The translations under genes and the position numbers were made by a program. The notes beneath the pieces were generated by a model. That model worked only from the letters and a program-made list of their open reading frames with translations. It searched no databases and was not told the origin of the DNA. 62,264 nucleotides of DNA from assembly GCF_003334305.1 (NCBI RefSeq), contig NZ_QOWS01000027.1; one strand, given 5' to 3'. Below are positions 18,513-28,637 of this stretch, piece by piece; within the stretch, counting starts at the first letter, position 1; the number at the start of each line of letters is the position of its first letter. The DNA is from Escherichia coli (lineage in GTDB: Bacteria; Pseudomonadota; Gammaproteobacteria; Enterobacterales; Enterobacteriaceae).

Positions 18513-21500
18513 TCAGCGCAACAATTTTCTAATATTTTGATGCGCTTGTGGCAGATTTGAACGAAGAAGATATTCATTAAAGGCTATATGAGCATTAGTA
18601 TTCTTTGACTTATATACGTCGTGTTGAAAGTCGGGTCGATCAATAAGACCAGGGTAACTTCCCACTGCAACAGAACGGTCATTCAAACTCACAATCATAG
18701 GTGCCTCCTGAGTTCCCTTAATTAGGCATTGAAAACCATCCAATTCCAGACTTGCCCTCAATTGAGACAATTTTTCTACCTGAATATCAGGTGAAGCACA
18801 ACGAGGAACCATTCCGTATAGAGCATAACGAAGTAAAGATGCACCTAGTTTCCTATCGAGACGGCTTTGTATATGCTGGTTGTGGAAATGATTGAGACAA
18901 TCTGTACAGGAGGTATCGCACTCACAACCTTCTAACAATGCGAGTGTTGCAGTAAGAATGTCATCTAGATTCGCTGCTGCTACTTCCGCATAACCCGCAC
19001 CGCCAGATAAAGTATCATAAAGGAAGAGATCCAATGCCTGAGTATCTTCCTCTATAGTGGGTAAAATTCTGAAACCAGAGCCAAACTCAGCAGGATCAAG
19101 ATCCAGTTGTTTATGGCGACTAGCTGCAAGCCTTAGTGCTTCCGCTATTGTATATAATGCATCTTCATACATCCGTAAAACGATAGCATTTGAAGTATCA
19201 GTTACAAGCGGAGACCCAACGGTTATTCGTAATAAAAGCAAATCAGTACGGAAATCATGTCCGAGAAAAACGCGTTTATACTCGCCAGAGCATAAGCGAG
19301 GCGTTTCCTTAGTTGCTATATATTTATACGGTCTTTCATGTGCCCCCTTTGCCGGTGAGTAGGAATCATAAACGGAGGCCGCACCACATTCGCAACATAC
19401 TGAAAAACCACTGGACCCCCCCTCATTTTTCCCTCGGTTCACCGTCACCAGTTTCTGATCTATTGCGTGAGTAAAAACAATATGAGCACCTCCATTATTG
19501 AACTTAAAATCTTCAGGATCAACAGGTTGTGGATATTGTGCCGCAGTTACATAGGTGATTTCTTGCTCTCTGTCGTCCTCATTAAGTTCCTTGGCATTTT
19601 CAGGTCCAAAGACTTCGGGCTGAATCATTATTTCTACTTTTAGAATGCCACCACAGATCGGACAAGTATTTTCGCTATTCTGATTATTATGAGGATCGCG
19701 GACAAAAGAGCACTTATCGCAATGAATAAACTTTTTGGGATTATTGAAAAGCTTTCTTGCCCGGTTTAGTTCGCCTTTCAATGCATTAGAAAAAACACCA
19801 CCAGAGCGATAGGTTTTCCTATCAATAACAATCAAACGTCCCGGGGCATATTCACTCAGAGCCTGAGAAATTGATTGCTGAGGCTGTTGTACTGTTCGCA
19901 CCTCAAAAGAACCTCTAATATTCTTTACAATTTTTTCTACCAAGAAACTACAGAGGCTTGTAGGAAATGCATAACTTGGTAATAAACCATGGTAAAACAG
20001 GAACTCAAGTAATTCTTCTTGTGCAAATTTCATTCCACCAGAAGTCTGCTCATCATCTTCATTTTCCTCATCAACAAGAACGGCAATTTGTGGAACAATT
20101 TCAGCCAGCCCATGGAGTGTATTTAAAAATTCCTCTGCTACCTTAGCAAACCAGTCACTGGCAGAAAGCCCTCCAGTTTCAAGAACAGGAGGAAGCCATG
20201 CTGCAACACTTGTTCTCAAATCACCATTAGTAGATAGAATACGGTTTTTAACCCAATTATTAAAGCTATCGAGATTTAGGCCAGTATCTTTTGCTCCATG
20301 AAAAAAATCTCGTGTAGTACCAAGTGCTTTCTCAAGTATGGCAGTTTTCTCTGTGGGATTATAAATTCCTTGTTCCATTAACTCGTGAAAAAAGGTCTGA
20401 ACTAAAAAAGAATGAACGTGTCTTCTGGCTATTTTGGGATTATTTACTTTCACTTCAGGTGTACGAGGAGAACCTGCAACAATGCGTTCAGGATTAAGGA
20501 AATAATAACTATCATGAGGGCCATTTTGAGAATATGTAACCACCGTTGAAACAGATGCGCCACGGCGGCCTGCTCGCCCAGCACGTTGCTGATAATTTTC
20601 TCGTTGCGGAGGGACGTTTCTTAAAGCAACAGCAACCAGAGATCCAATATCAACCCCCACTTCCATCGTCGTCGTACAACTAAGTACATCAATGGGCTTG
20701 TCGTTATCATTAATAAGAACATCTTGGAATCTCAGTTCGTAGAGTTCTGTAGTGGCATGAACGCTGGCCCTATCTCTATGTGAGAGTTGAGCAGTATGCT
20801 CTTCAACGCTAAGGTTTAGAAGCCGCGAATTTGAAACCAAAACTTCTTCTACCGGCGAACGCCAGAATCCTTTTCGTGCATTAATATAGCTGCTTTCCGA
20901 CGGCTCGACTGTTTTGACACTGTTACTACCACAAGCAAGGCAAGTAGAATGTTCTAAAGCAAATGGCATTAGTGCCGTGCAGTCATTACATTGTTTCCAG
21001 ACATGCAAGAGATCTATTTTCAGACGTAGTGCATTTGGAGCAAGAAAGTAGACACCATCTTTTCCTAATGTCAGATGAGTACGAAAAATCTCCTCCAAAA
21101 CTTCCACATAAAGCTCCCCCATAGCAGGATGCTGTATCAGGGTTTTCCTAAGAGCTTTTCCAAACCGTCCTTGACTACCCCAAGTGGGTTTGTAGAATCC
21201 AGCGGCTTTGATTCGTAGTGTCGAATCAATAGATTCATCAAAAGCAAATTCAGTGAGTAAGGTATCAATCCAAGCAACAGCTAAAGCATGAACATCCTTG
21301 CTCTCAATATTGAGCTTCTTGGACTGCACATCTTCCCACATTTTTTTTGATTTAAGCTGCGATGGTTCAACAAAACCAACTGTTGTTCCGGAAAGAGAAT
21401 AGTAATTGCTACATAAAAGTTTAAGCAACGCTATTTTATATCGTGACGGTGACTCTTGGGGACTGAAGTTATCATCAAAAGCTTGAGCCAGATCGCTATT

Positions 21501-24023
21501 ATAATCACGATAAAATTCATCACGGGCCATTACAACTTTTCGTGAATCTTCCCCATCAAAAATAAGCAAGTCATGTTCAGAAAGGACTGATAGGAAAGCA
21601 AGGTAAAGTACTGATGTTGGTTTGGGTTCCCGATTGATATCTTTCAGTTTAGAACAGGCGAGAGCAATGGATTGCCGAAACAAATCAAGCTCAATATCTC
21701 TAGGAATATCACGTGCAAGCCGAGCTGCTTTTTGTCGGCCATCAGAAAAAATAAGTACTTTTTTTCCCCCATTGGGATGTTTACCATCAATAGGACGACT
21801 CGCTGGCTGGTGAGATATCTGTGTACGTACTAACGTTGTAAAAGGTGCTTCCCCTTTTGTAACATGATCCATAATTTTAGACGGTTCATTCTGAGCACTT
21901 CTTGTCTTACGCATACAAACAGGGCATTCATCAAATGTAATTTCAGATCCAGACTTAACTCGGTCAGGTATAAAGACTTTACGATAACCAGAATCCTCAT
22001 CTTGACACTGTTTAGAAAGGCGTCCTGTTGCTATATGTAGCCATCTGTCCTGGTAATCACTATGTACATGAGGTGTTTCCTCGACCAATATATCTATGGG
22101 AACAAGATCGATATCCTCATCTTCTGATAATGGTCCGTTCGGCTGGTGCCATACAAAGTCCATTTCGGAACTAACGTATCCACGAATAAAAGCCGCACCG
22201 CAGTCACGGTGGGTAAATAATTCGTAGACTCGCCCTTTTGAAGCGCATTTACATTGATCCAGTGGTTTCGTATAAAGGCGGCCAAGTATAGTTGGCCCAC
22301 TATGGTTACCCAAACGTTGATTACAATCGGGATCTATACAGGCATAAAGACCTGGTAATCCCCGATAAAAAAGATGCATGCGAGTTGGAATAAGCACTCT
22401 GCCATCGGATGCCCTCTGAGCATAGCAACCCAATGCGAGTAATGCATCTGTCGCTCGCTCTGCAATTTGCTGTGGAGAGTCTGGAAAAAGGTTTTCACTC
22501 AAGATATTTAGCTTAACCGCTTTACCTGAAACTATTTCAATAAGCGTTTCAATAGGACCAAAACCAGTCAAATTATCAAATAACCAATTACGTAGTGTAC
22601 TATGATCTTTTATCATCGGCTTTTGCCAGCCCATTCGTTCGGCAAGAGACTCTATTGCTGCATATGCAGATTCAAGATCCTCAGCTACGCACTGAAATGA
22701 ATTTAGGTCGAATTCAGCCAGTGCATTAGCTTCTTTACTGGTAACAATTTGTGACTCAGGACGCGATTCCCTTGTACCCTCAATAATTCGAAATTTCCTC
22801 GAAGAGGTTGGTGATAAGCCAGTTAAGTCTTGGGCAAAACGTTCTCCATCCTCAATGGACCCTAGACTAGCACTGGTAAGGATGCAGCGCATACGTTCCC
22901 GGGGAATATCCAACCGAGCACAGAGGCGACGTATTAAAAGGGCTACCTCTGCTCCCCCTGCTCCTCTATACATATGCGCTTCATCAAGCACTAAGATAAG
23001 CTCATTCATCTCATCAGCTTTGAGCCATTCCTTAGTCTGCTCAAAAATATTACGCTCGATAGGTCGCATCAGCATATACTCAAGCATGGAGTAGTTCGTT
23101 ATCAGTAATTCTGGACAGCGATTCTGCATTTCATGCCGGGTCATTAGCTCACGATCCTCAGGCTGGGTAATTAGCCTCTCCCCCCAATTGTTCAAAACAA
23201 ATTGCTTACCCGTTTTTTTGCCTGAGACGTAGGTTTTAGCCTGAGATGCGCTTTGCCCATAAAAAGCATCAAGATCTTTACTTGGCCAGCGACCAATGCG
23301 GTTCAGTTCCGCACGTACGGGGGCGTTATTTGCGAGTTTATTGTAAAACTCATCGAAAAGGGGTTTGATAAAAAGCTCGTCTCGTCTAGAGCTACGACGA
23401 CCAGGGTAAGGCGTTCTTCCCGTATAAGCGCCAAAGCGTACAGGGGCACATCTTCCAGATCTCAGTATTTTAGAGGCTTCAGAATCACCAAAAAGACGTC
23501 TGATACGAGCAAGTTGATCGTTAACTAATGCATTCATTGGATATAATAAAATTGCTCTACAACCTGGAAGGGATGCAGATTTAGGTCTCTCGGAAGATTC
23601 AATCGCCAATTTACCAATAATTGGCATTAGAAAGCTTTCAGTCTTACCGGAGCCTGTACCTGTTGCAATGACCAGATCAGAAGCGTCTTCGCCAAGAAAT
23701 GACTCAAGTGCCTGTGATTGGTGTTTATAGGGGCGTTGATAGAGGCCAATTCCAAGTTCTGATAGTTGAGTTAGCACATTACTTGCTGCTTCGGGAATAG
23801 GCAATTCACTGTATGGCGCACCAGGTTCATAAATTGGGGTTGCTTCTATATAAGGAGCTTGAGCAATAGTTTCATTTTGCTGTAAAAGCGCTCGTCGCTC
23901 AGCAATTAACCCTTCATCCCGGATATGATATTGTGCCTCAATGTATTTTCTCAGATTCTCACTAAGGCTTTTCACGGTATCATGTATACCTGAACGTTCA
24001 GTTACTTTATTTTTATTAATCAT
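18513..24023 (-). CDS. druE: Giant SF2 DEAH-box helicase with Cys-rich C-terminal region; DruE-like (Druantia type I)
   Basis: 1836 aa; Walker A ATGTGSGKT (nt ~23643-23666), DEAH box ILVLDEAHM (~22971-22997), motif VI QRAGRAGRRG (~20559-20591), C-terminal Cys clusters (CDKCSF...CPICGG, CCECGAA, CECDTSCTDC) consistent with a DUF1998-like zinc-binding module. Confidence 0.8.
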   Translation of the reverse strand: MINKNKVTERSGIHDTVKSLSENLRKYIEAQYHIRDEGLIAERRALLQQNETIAQAPYIEATPIYEPGAPYSELPIPEAASNVLTQLSELGIGLYQRPYKHQSQALESFLGEDASDLVIATGTGSGKTESFLMPIIGKLAIESSERPKSASLPGCRAILLYPMNALVNDQLARIRRLFGDSEASKILRSGRCAPVRFGAYTGRTPYPGRRSSRRDELFIKPLFDEFYNKLANNAPVRAELNRIGRWPSKDLDAFYGQSASQAKTYVSGKKTGKQFVLNNWGERLITQPEDRELMTRHEMQNRCPELLITNYSMLEYMLMRPIERNIFEQTKEWLKADEMNELILVLDEAHMYRGAGGAEVALLIRRLCARLDIPRERMRCILTSASLGSIEDGERFAQDLTGLSPTSSRKFRIIEGTRESRPESQIVTSKEANALAEFDLNSFQCVAEDLESAYAAIESLAERMGWQKPMIKDHSTLRNWLFDNLTGFGPIETLIEIVSGKAVKLNILSENLFPDSPQQIAERATDALLALGCYAQRASDGRVLIPTRMHLFYRGLPGLYACIDPDCNQRLGNHSGPTILGRLYTKPLDQCKCASKGRVYELFTHRDCGAAFIRGYVSSEMDFVWHQPNGPLSEDEDIDLVPIDILVEETPHVHSDYQDRWLHIATGRLSKQCQDEDSGYRKVFIPDRVKSGSEITFDECPVCMRKTRSAQNEPSKIMDHVTKGEAPFTTLVRTQISHQPASRPIDGKHPNGGKKVLIFSDGRQKAARLARDIPRDIELDLFRQSIALACSKLKDINREPKPTSVLYLAFLSVLSEHDLLIFDGEDSRKVVMARDEFYRDYNSDLAQAFDDNFSPQESPSRYKIALLKLLCSNYYSLSGTTVGFVEPSQLKSKKMWEDVQSKKLNIESKDVHALAVAWIDTLLTEFAFDESIDSTLRIKAAGFYKPTWGSQGRFGKALRKTLIQHPAMGELYVEVLEEIFRTHLTLGKDGVYFLAPNALRLKIDLLHVWKQCNDCTALMPFALEHSTCLACGSNSVKTVEPSESSYINARKGFWRSPVEEVLVSNSRLLNLSVEEHTAQLSHRDRASVHATTELYELRFQDVLINDNDKPIDVLSCTTTMEVGVDIGSLVAVALRNVPPQRENYQQRAGRAGRRGASVSTVVTYSQNGPHDSYYFLNPERIVAGSPRTPEVKVNNPKIARRHVHSFLVQTFFHELMEQGIYNPTEKTAILEKALGTTRDFFHGAKDTGLNLDSFNNWVKNRILSTNGDLRTSVAAWLPPVLETGGLSASDWFAKVAEEFLNTLHGLAEIVPQIAVLVDEENEDDEQTSGGMKFAQEELLEFLFYHGLLPSYAFPTSLCSFLVEKIVKNIRGSFEVRTVQQPQQSISQALSEYAPGRLIVIDRKTYRSGGVFSNALKGELNRARKLFNNPKKFIHCDKCSFVRDPHNNQNSENTCPICGGILKVEIMIQPEVFGPENAKELNEDDREQEITYVTAAQYPQPVDPEDFKFNNGGAHIVFTHAIDQKLVTVNRGKNEGGSSGFSVCCECGAASVYDSYSPAKGAHERPYKYIATKETPRLCSGEYKRVFLGHDFRTDLLLLRITVGSPLVTDTSNAIVLRMYEDALYTIAEALRLAASRHKQLDLDPAEFGSGFRILPTIEEDTQALDLFLYDTLSGGAGYAEVAAANLDDILTATLALLEGCECDTSCTDCLNHFHNQHIQSRLDRKLGASLLRYALYGMVPRCASPDIQVEKLSQLRASLELDGFQCLIKGTQEAPMIVSLNDRSVAVGSYPGLIDRPDFQHDVYKSKNTNAHIAFNEYLLRSNLPQAHQNIRKLLR

Positions 24024-25063
24024 ATTTCATTCCGTCGCGTGAATTCGTTAATCCAAATAATACCAAGCCCTTCAAAAGCGCTACGCACTATGGGTAATAT
24101 TTCCTCGGGGAATACATGGTGTGTTATTCCTGAATGTTCATTTTCAAAACCTGATTCTCTCCAGCCTAGCAGGAGTACCTTCGTTTCTCGTCTTGGTAAT
24201 CTTCTGGTTAATCTTAATCTTGCTAGCCCATTAGATATTTTGATACGGATCTTTAGCGGACAATTATCTTTTGTATCGAGAAAAAAACGTAATCTTCTGA
24301 CATCATCAGACGATTCTAACGAATTCATTCTACATAAGCGTCCAGCTTCAATTTCTCCTAAATAATAGGAAAAGTGATTATCAACGGACATTCTGCATAA
24401 GTAGATTTGCTTTTTATTAAAAGAAAGTTCTGACAAATGGAGCCATTTTCCCCGCACATATGCAGTCGTTTCACTCATATTGCTAGGCGCATCGATAAAG
24501 CCGGAAATAGTTCCAGATAGTAGTCTGGATGACCATTCTTCATTGCCTTCTGCTGGGGCACCAATCCACTCATTTGCATCCCAGATTTCAACACTTCCAG
24601 TACACACTTTTTCTTCAACCAAGCGAACTCTTCCAGCAGATTTAGCTACCACGCCCGTTGAAAATGTACAGGAAGGCTCTCCACCAAAAAAAACAGCCAT
24701 CTTATTGTCAATTCGTACTGCATGTGGGGGAGCTGTGAGCCAATTACCACCTTCTAACTTAATCATGTCACCCAATTCAGCCAAGCTGTTCAATATAGAC
24801 ATAATGCCCGGATGTATAGCATTATCAATATCAGCAATGTCTGGCCATAAAGGTACCAATTTTCGCCTTACTGCACTAGTGAGTCGAAGCGAGGTTACAG
24901 TTTGCCTAGCTTCTTCTGTTTCAGATATAGAATATTGATATAATACGCTCCTTAAGCATTCTGAAACTGCTGAAATTCTTAACCCTTCATCATCAAATCG
25001 ACAATTTAATGCAGTTGATAACATATCCAGTGCTTTGTCTCGTGATACTGCTCTCCACTCCAT
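24020..25063 (-). CDS. druD: DruD-like protein (Druantia type I component, unknown function)
   Basis: ~347 aa from ATG at 25063 with SD GAGGAGG (track ORF extends to 25078); stop overlaps the druE start (ATGA). Confidence 0.6.
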   Translation of the reverse strand: MEWRAVSRDKALDMLSTALNCRFDDEGLRISAVSECLRSVLYQYSISETEEARQTVTSLRLTSAVRRKLVPLWPDIADIDNAIHPGIMSILNSLAELGDMIKLEGGNWLTAPPHAVRIDNKMAVFFGGEPSCTFSTGVVAKSAGRVRLVEEKVCTGSVEIWDANEWIGAPAEGNEEWSSRLLSGTISGFIDAPSNMSETTAYVRGKWLHLSELSFNKKQIYLCRMSVDNHFSYYLGEIEAGRLCRMNSLESSDDVRRLRFFLDTKDNCPLKIRIKISNGLARLRLTRRLPRRETKVLLLGWRESGFENEHSGITHHVFPEEILPIVRSAFEGLGIIWINEFTRRNEI

Positions 25064-25074
25064 TAACCACCTCC

Positions 25075-26958
25075 TCAAGAAGATATTTTTGCACTATAAT
25101 TTTTTAATTCACGATTGGCAATATCTTCTATCTTTTGGACGGGGCCACCTTTAATTTTTGCCCATGTAAGAGTATAAAAAGACAAGACAGAATAAAGATC
25201 ATAAATATAATTTCCATTAGGGACTCTTATGAGTGAAGTATAGAAAATATGAACCATTCTCTTCCACAAAGTTCCCCCATCAAATCCAGCTTCGTCCAGT
25301 AATGCTCTTAATTCATCTACATAATCATCAACACTATCAAGCTGTAGTCCATCAATATTTGTCCATTTATCCTTGGCAAGACAACCTGGTTTCAATTGGG
25401 GTAAAATAGCAGATAAACCACGCATTTTTAATGTATCAGTATCAATAACTGGTCCCAACTCGGCCAACATTCCTCCATCAGGGAATGTAGCAGGGCCTTG
25501 TTTCCAAGTAGCTATCAATGCCAGATGGTCATAATTTGTTGGATGTATTTGCCGTTGAACAACTATATCTCTAATTGCCGCTCCATAAATCTCAAATGCT
25601 GAAAGATTGGCCCCTTTCAAAAGGAGACAGCGAGATGATTCAGCTATAGTCTCTATAAAATCAAAAGAATCCATGTCAGAAATAATACCAACTGGAACTC
25701 TCCATATGTGATAACGTGGTGCACCAATAGCAATGGCAATTGCATCCGCGATAATATCTGCCAAAGAGCCACTGAATTGAATGATTTGTCCAGAAACGAA
25801 GGTAGCTAATGTCAATCTAGCCAATGTTTCTGCTGAATTTTTTGTTAACCCAACAGCCTGTAAATTTAAAGAAATTCTATTAGATATGTCTTCGGAGGAT
25901 GAAAGATATTCATAATTTTCATAGTGCGCTATTTCATGGAATTTTGTAAATCTATTGGTGACACTCACTTTGCTAGCTTGAGATGTGTTTATTTCCAGTG
26001 TATCTATTCGTTCAGTGAGTTTTTTTAATTCATTGATATAATCTAACTCGTTGTTCTTTCTTTTATTATCACACAAGATAGTTAATGCATTTTTTAACTC
26101 TGAAATTTCATTAGCCATACTTTTTATCAATTTTTCATGCTCAGAAATGTCATTCATAGCCAGAGCATTAAAATCTAATTTCTCTTGAAGAGATAATATT
26201 AGCTGTTTGTTTTTTTCATTAAAATGATAAAGCTCGTCAATAGATTTATTAGCAATATCAGATTGTTTAGTCTCTGAGTTTATTAAGGATTGTAGTTCGT
26301 TAATTATTTTTAAATTGCTCTTTTCATTATTAAAGTAATTATCAAACCGTTCGGAAAAAGCATCTATTTTTAACTCAAGCTCTTTAATATGGTTATTTTT
26401 TTTCTCCACATTATCGGCAATTAAACTAATACGTGCTTCAAGCTCATCTAAACGAATTGGAAGAGTATCAACCACGATATCGCGGGCAAGAACAACTGCA
26501 GGAGGAAAAAGGTTAAATGCATTTATAACGTCTGGATCATTAGCAAACCCACTAAAGATAAACAGGCGCTCGATATTCTCTCTAGCAACTTTAGGAAAGT
26601 TTTTAGCAAGCTCTCTAATAAAAATAGAGCCAGAGTTTTCTTTTAATCCTAAATTATTAATCATACTAAATGATTTGTCAATTTTCTCTTCAGCCCAAAA
26701 CTGCCAAAAAAGAGAAAAACTTTTCCATGCTTTTCTCTCCTCAGAGGAAGGATGTGACTGGAACATATACCCAATCAATCTTTTCTGTTTTTCTTTAATT
26801 TCAGTGGGATGTCCTGCCCTGAATCCCGGTACTTTTGGTAAACAACCAAAAGCTTTACGTCGTAAAGTTGGAGAAATCTCATTGATAAAGTTAACAATTT
26901 CGGATTGTCCCAACTTAGAGATCCGTTCCTTTGCCTCTTGGCTATATTGGTAACTCAT
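25075..26958 (-). CDS. druC: DruC-like protein (Druantia type I component) with predicted coiled-coil region
   Basis: 627 aa; K/E/L-rich heptad-like central segment; ATG start at 26958. Confidence 0.6.
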   Translation of the reverse strand: MSYQYSQEAKERISKLGQSEIVNFINEISPTLRRKAFGCLPKVPGFRAGHPTEIKEKQKRLIGYMFQSHPSSEERKAWKSFSLFWQFWAEEKIDKSFSMINNLGLKENSGSIFIRELAKNFPKVARENIERLFIFSGFANDPDVINAFNLFPPAVVLARDIVVDTLPIRLDELEARISLIADNVEKKNNHIKELELKIDAFSERFDNYFNNEKSNLKIINELQSLINSETKQSDIANKSIDELYHFNEKNKQLILSLQEKLDFNALAMNDISEHEKLIKSMANEISELKNALTILCDNKRKNNELDYINELKKLTERIDTLEINTSQASKVSVTNRFTKFHEIAHYENYEYLSSSEDISNRISLNLQAVGLTKNSAETLARLTLATFVSGQIIQFSGSLADIIADAIAIAIGAPRYHIWRVPVGIISDMDSFDFIETIAESSRCLLLKGANLSAFEIYGAAIRDIVVQRQIHPTNYDHLALIATWKQGPATFPDGGMLAELGPVIDTDTLKMRGLSAILPQLKPGCLAKDKWTNIDGLQLDSVDDYVDELRALLDEAGFDGGTLWKRMVHIFYTSLIRVPNGNYIYDLYSVLSFYTLTWAKIKGGPVQKIEDIANRELKNYSAKISS

Positions 26959-26969
26959 TCGAAGGCACC

Positions 26970-28616
26970 TTATCTAAAGCGATTACATTCAAATCCATTG
27001 GTCTTAACTTCTTTTACCAATGCTCTATAATGCGGTAATAAGTGTGGTTCCGGCTGCAAATCCACTAATTTCTCAACTAATAAAAAATCATTATTTAAAC
27101 TAAAACCATGGAGGGTGTGCCCCATTTGAAGTATAAAACTTAATATCCGTGAGCGAAGATTAGGAGATAATTCAATAAATTCCCCGTCATCTAATGATAA
27201 CATAGAAGAACTAGGTAAAAATATTTTACCAAGACCTAAAAAATCTATTTCTACATGACATGTTAAGTTTGCTAAGCAATCAGATAATTGAGATAACGCA
27301 ACAGGAGATAGTAACCGCATGCTCTTATCATGAGCTGCAATGTCATCATTAGAAACTAACTTAATAACACTACTTTCAGTTTGTCTTTGAATTCTTGCCA
27401 CTCCTTCAACACCAGAAGGCATAGACATGTATTCTAATTTATGGCCAAACATTCGTGCTTCCATCATAACTTCAATGCATCTTCTTTGATGTAAGGAAAC
27501 GATGGTCTTTTCTTTATTCCTCTTAGTAAAAACCAAATCTATTGAGGGATATTTTCTGGGTACAGAAACGTTTTTTTTATAGAAAGAAAAAAATAAGTTT
27601 ACGTCCTGCTCAATTGAGCCAGAAACGCCCACAAAGTCATTTTCTCCAGGATTAAGAATGAAGAAAGCAGGTGATTTTTCAACACCAATCGCTGAAAGTA
27701 ATAAAGAGGAACCTTGTGCGTACATAGTTGGTCCAACATTTTCTGATGATGTTGGTGCCATATTTGCTGACAACAATATTGTGTCAGAATGAACACATTC
27801 GACATGATTAATACTTGTTTTTTGATTTAGGAACGGCCAAATTGCTGTAATAGATGTTCTGGCAGGAACAACAGGAAGGTATGTAAAAGATTTTAGCCAT
27901 GAAATACTCTCCACAGAAGGGACTTCAGGAATTGTAACAAGAGCTAAATTCCATCCCTGTTTACTAGCTAAACTTTTTATTTCTAATTCATCAGGAAAAT
28001 CTGGAGCAACAGGGTGTCGCCAAAGAAAGGCAAATGTTTCAGTACATCTTAACTCTTGTGCTCGTGGAAATCCCTTCGATGCCCCACGCCCTAAAGCAGT
28101 GAAAACTGCTGCTCCCTCAGAAGGTAAACCGGGGCATTCTCTTTCAACTTCTGTTACAAATTTTGGATCGGGTTCACCACTATATGAAACAATACGGTAA
28201 GATTTTACTGATAATTCAGCACCAATCTGGCGACTCTTTACCATACTCCTCATATCAAGCGTTTGGCTTCTGCCTCCTACATCTAACGTTATCTTTGCTC
28301 TACATAAATTACAGGTTGGCAACACTAATTCTAATGACCACTCTCGACTATTACTTCCGACAGGAATCAATAAGCGCAAATCCATATATCGCTTTGAAAT
28401 AGTTTTAATAGTTTCGATAATGATGGAATTTCCGGGAACAAAATTTTCACAGTCTGACGTACCATGTCCGGGCAAATGAGCAAAATATGGGGGTATAACC
28501 TTCCCTTTACGGAGGTTAACACCTTTTTTACAAACTGGGCAAACATATTGAGCATATTTCGTTGCTCGAGCTGCTAATATCAGTGTCCCGGTGAACTTAT
28601 CAATAGCGTAATTCAC
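26970..28616 (-). CDS. druB: DruB-like protein (Druantia type I component)
   Basis: 548 aa; apparent GTG start with SD GGGGGAG; N-terminal CPVCKK...HLPGHGTSDC zinc-ribbon-like motif. Confidence 0.6.
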   Translation of the reverse strand: MNYAIDKFTGTLILAARATKYAQYVCPVCKKGVNLRKGKVIPPYFAHLPGHGTSDCENFVPGNSIIIETIKTISKRYMDLRLLIPVGSNSREWSLELVLPTCNLCRAKITLDVGGRSQTLDMRSMVKSRQIGAELSVKSYRIVSYSGEPDPKFVTEVERECPGLPSEGAAVFTALGRGASKGFPRAQELRCTETFAFLWRHPVAPDFPDELEIKSLASKQGWNLALVTIPEVPSVESISWLKSFTYLPVVPARTSITAIWPFLNQKTSINHVECVHSDTILLSANMAPTSSENVGPTMYAQGSSLLLSAIGVEKSPAFFILNPGENDFVGVSGSIEQDVNLFFSFYKKNVSVPRKYPSIDLVFTKRNKEKTIVSLHQRRCIEVMMEARMFGHKLEYMSMPSGVEGVARIQRQTESSVIKLVSNDDIAAHDKSMRLLSPVALSQLSDCLANLTCHVEIDFLGLGKIFLPSSSMLSLDDGEFIELSPNLRSRILSFILQMGHTLHGFSLNNDFLLVEKLVDLQPEPHLLPHYRALVKEVKTNGFECNRFR

Positions 28617-28637
28617 TTACTCCCCCTTCAGTTAAGA

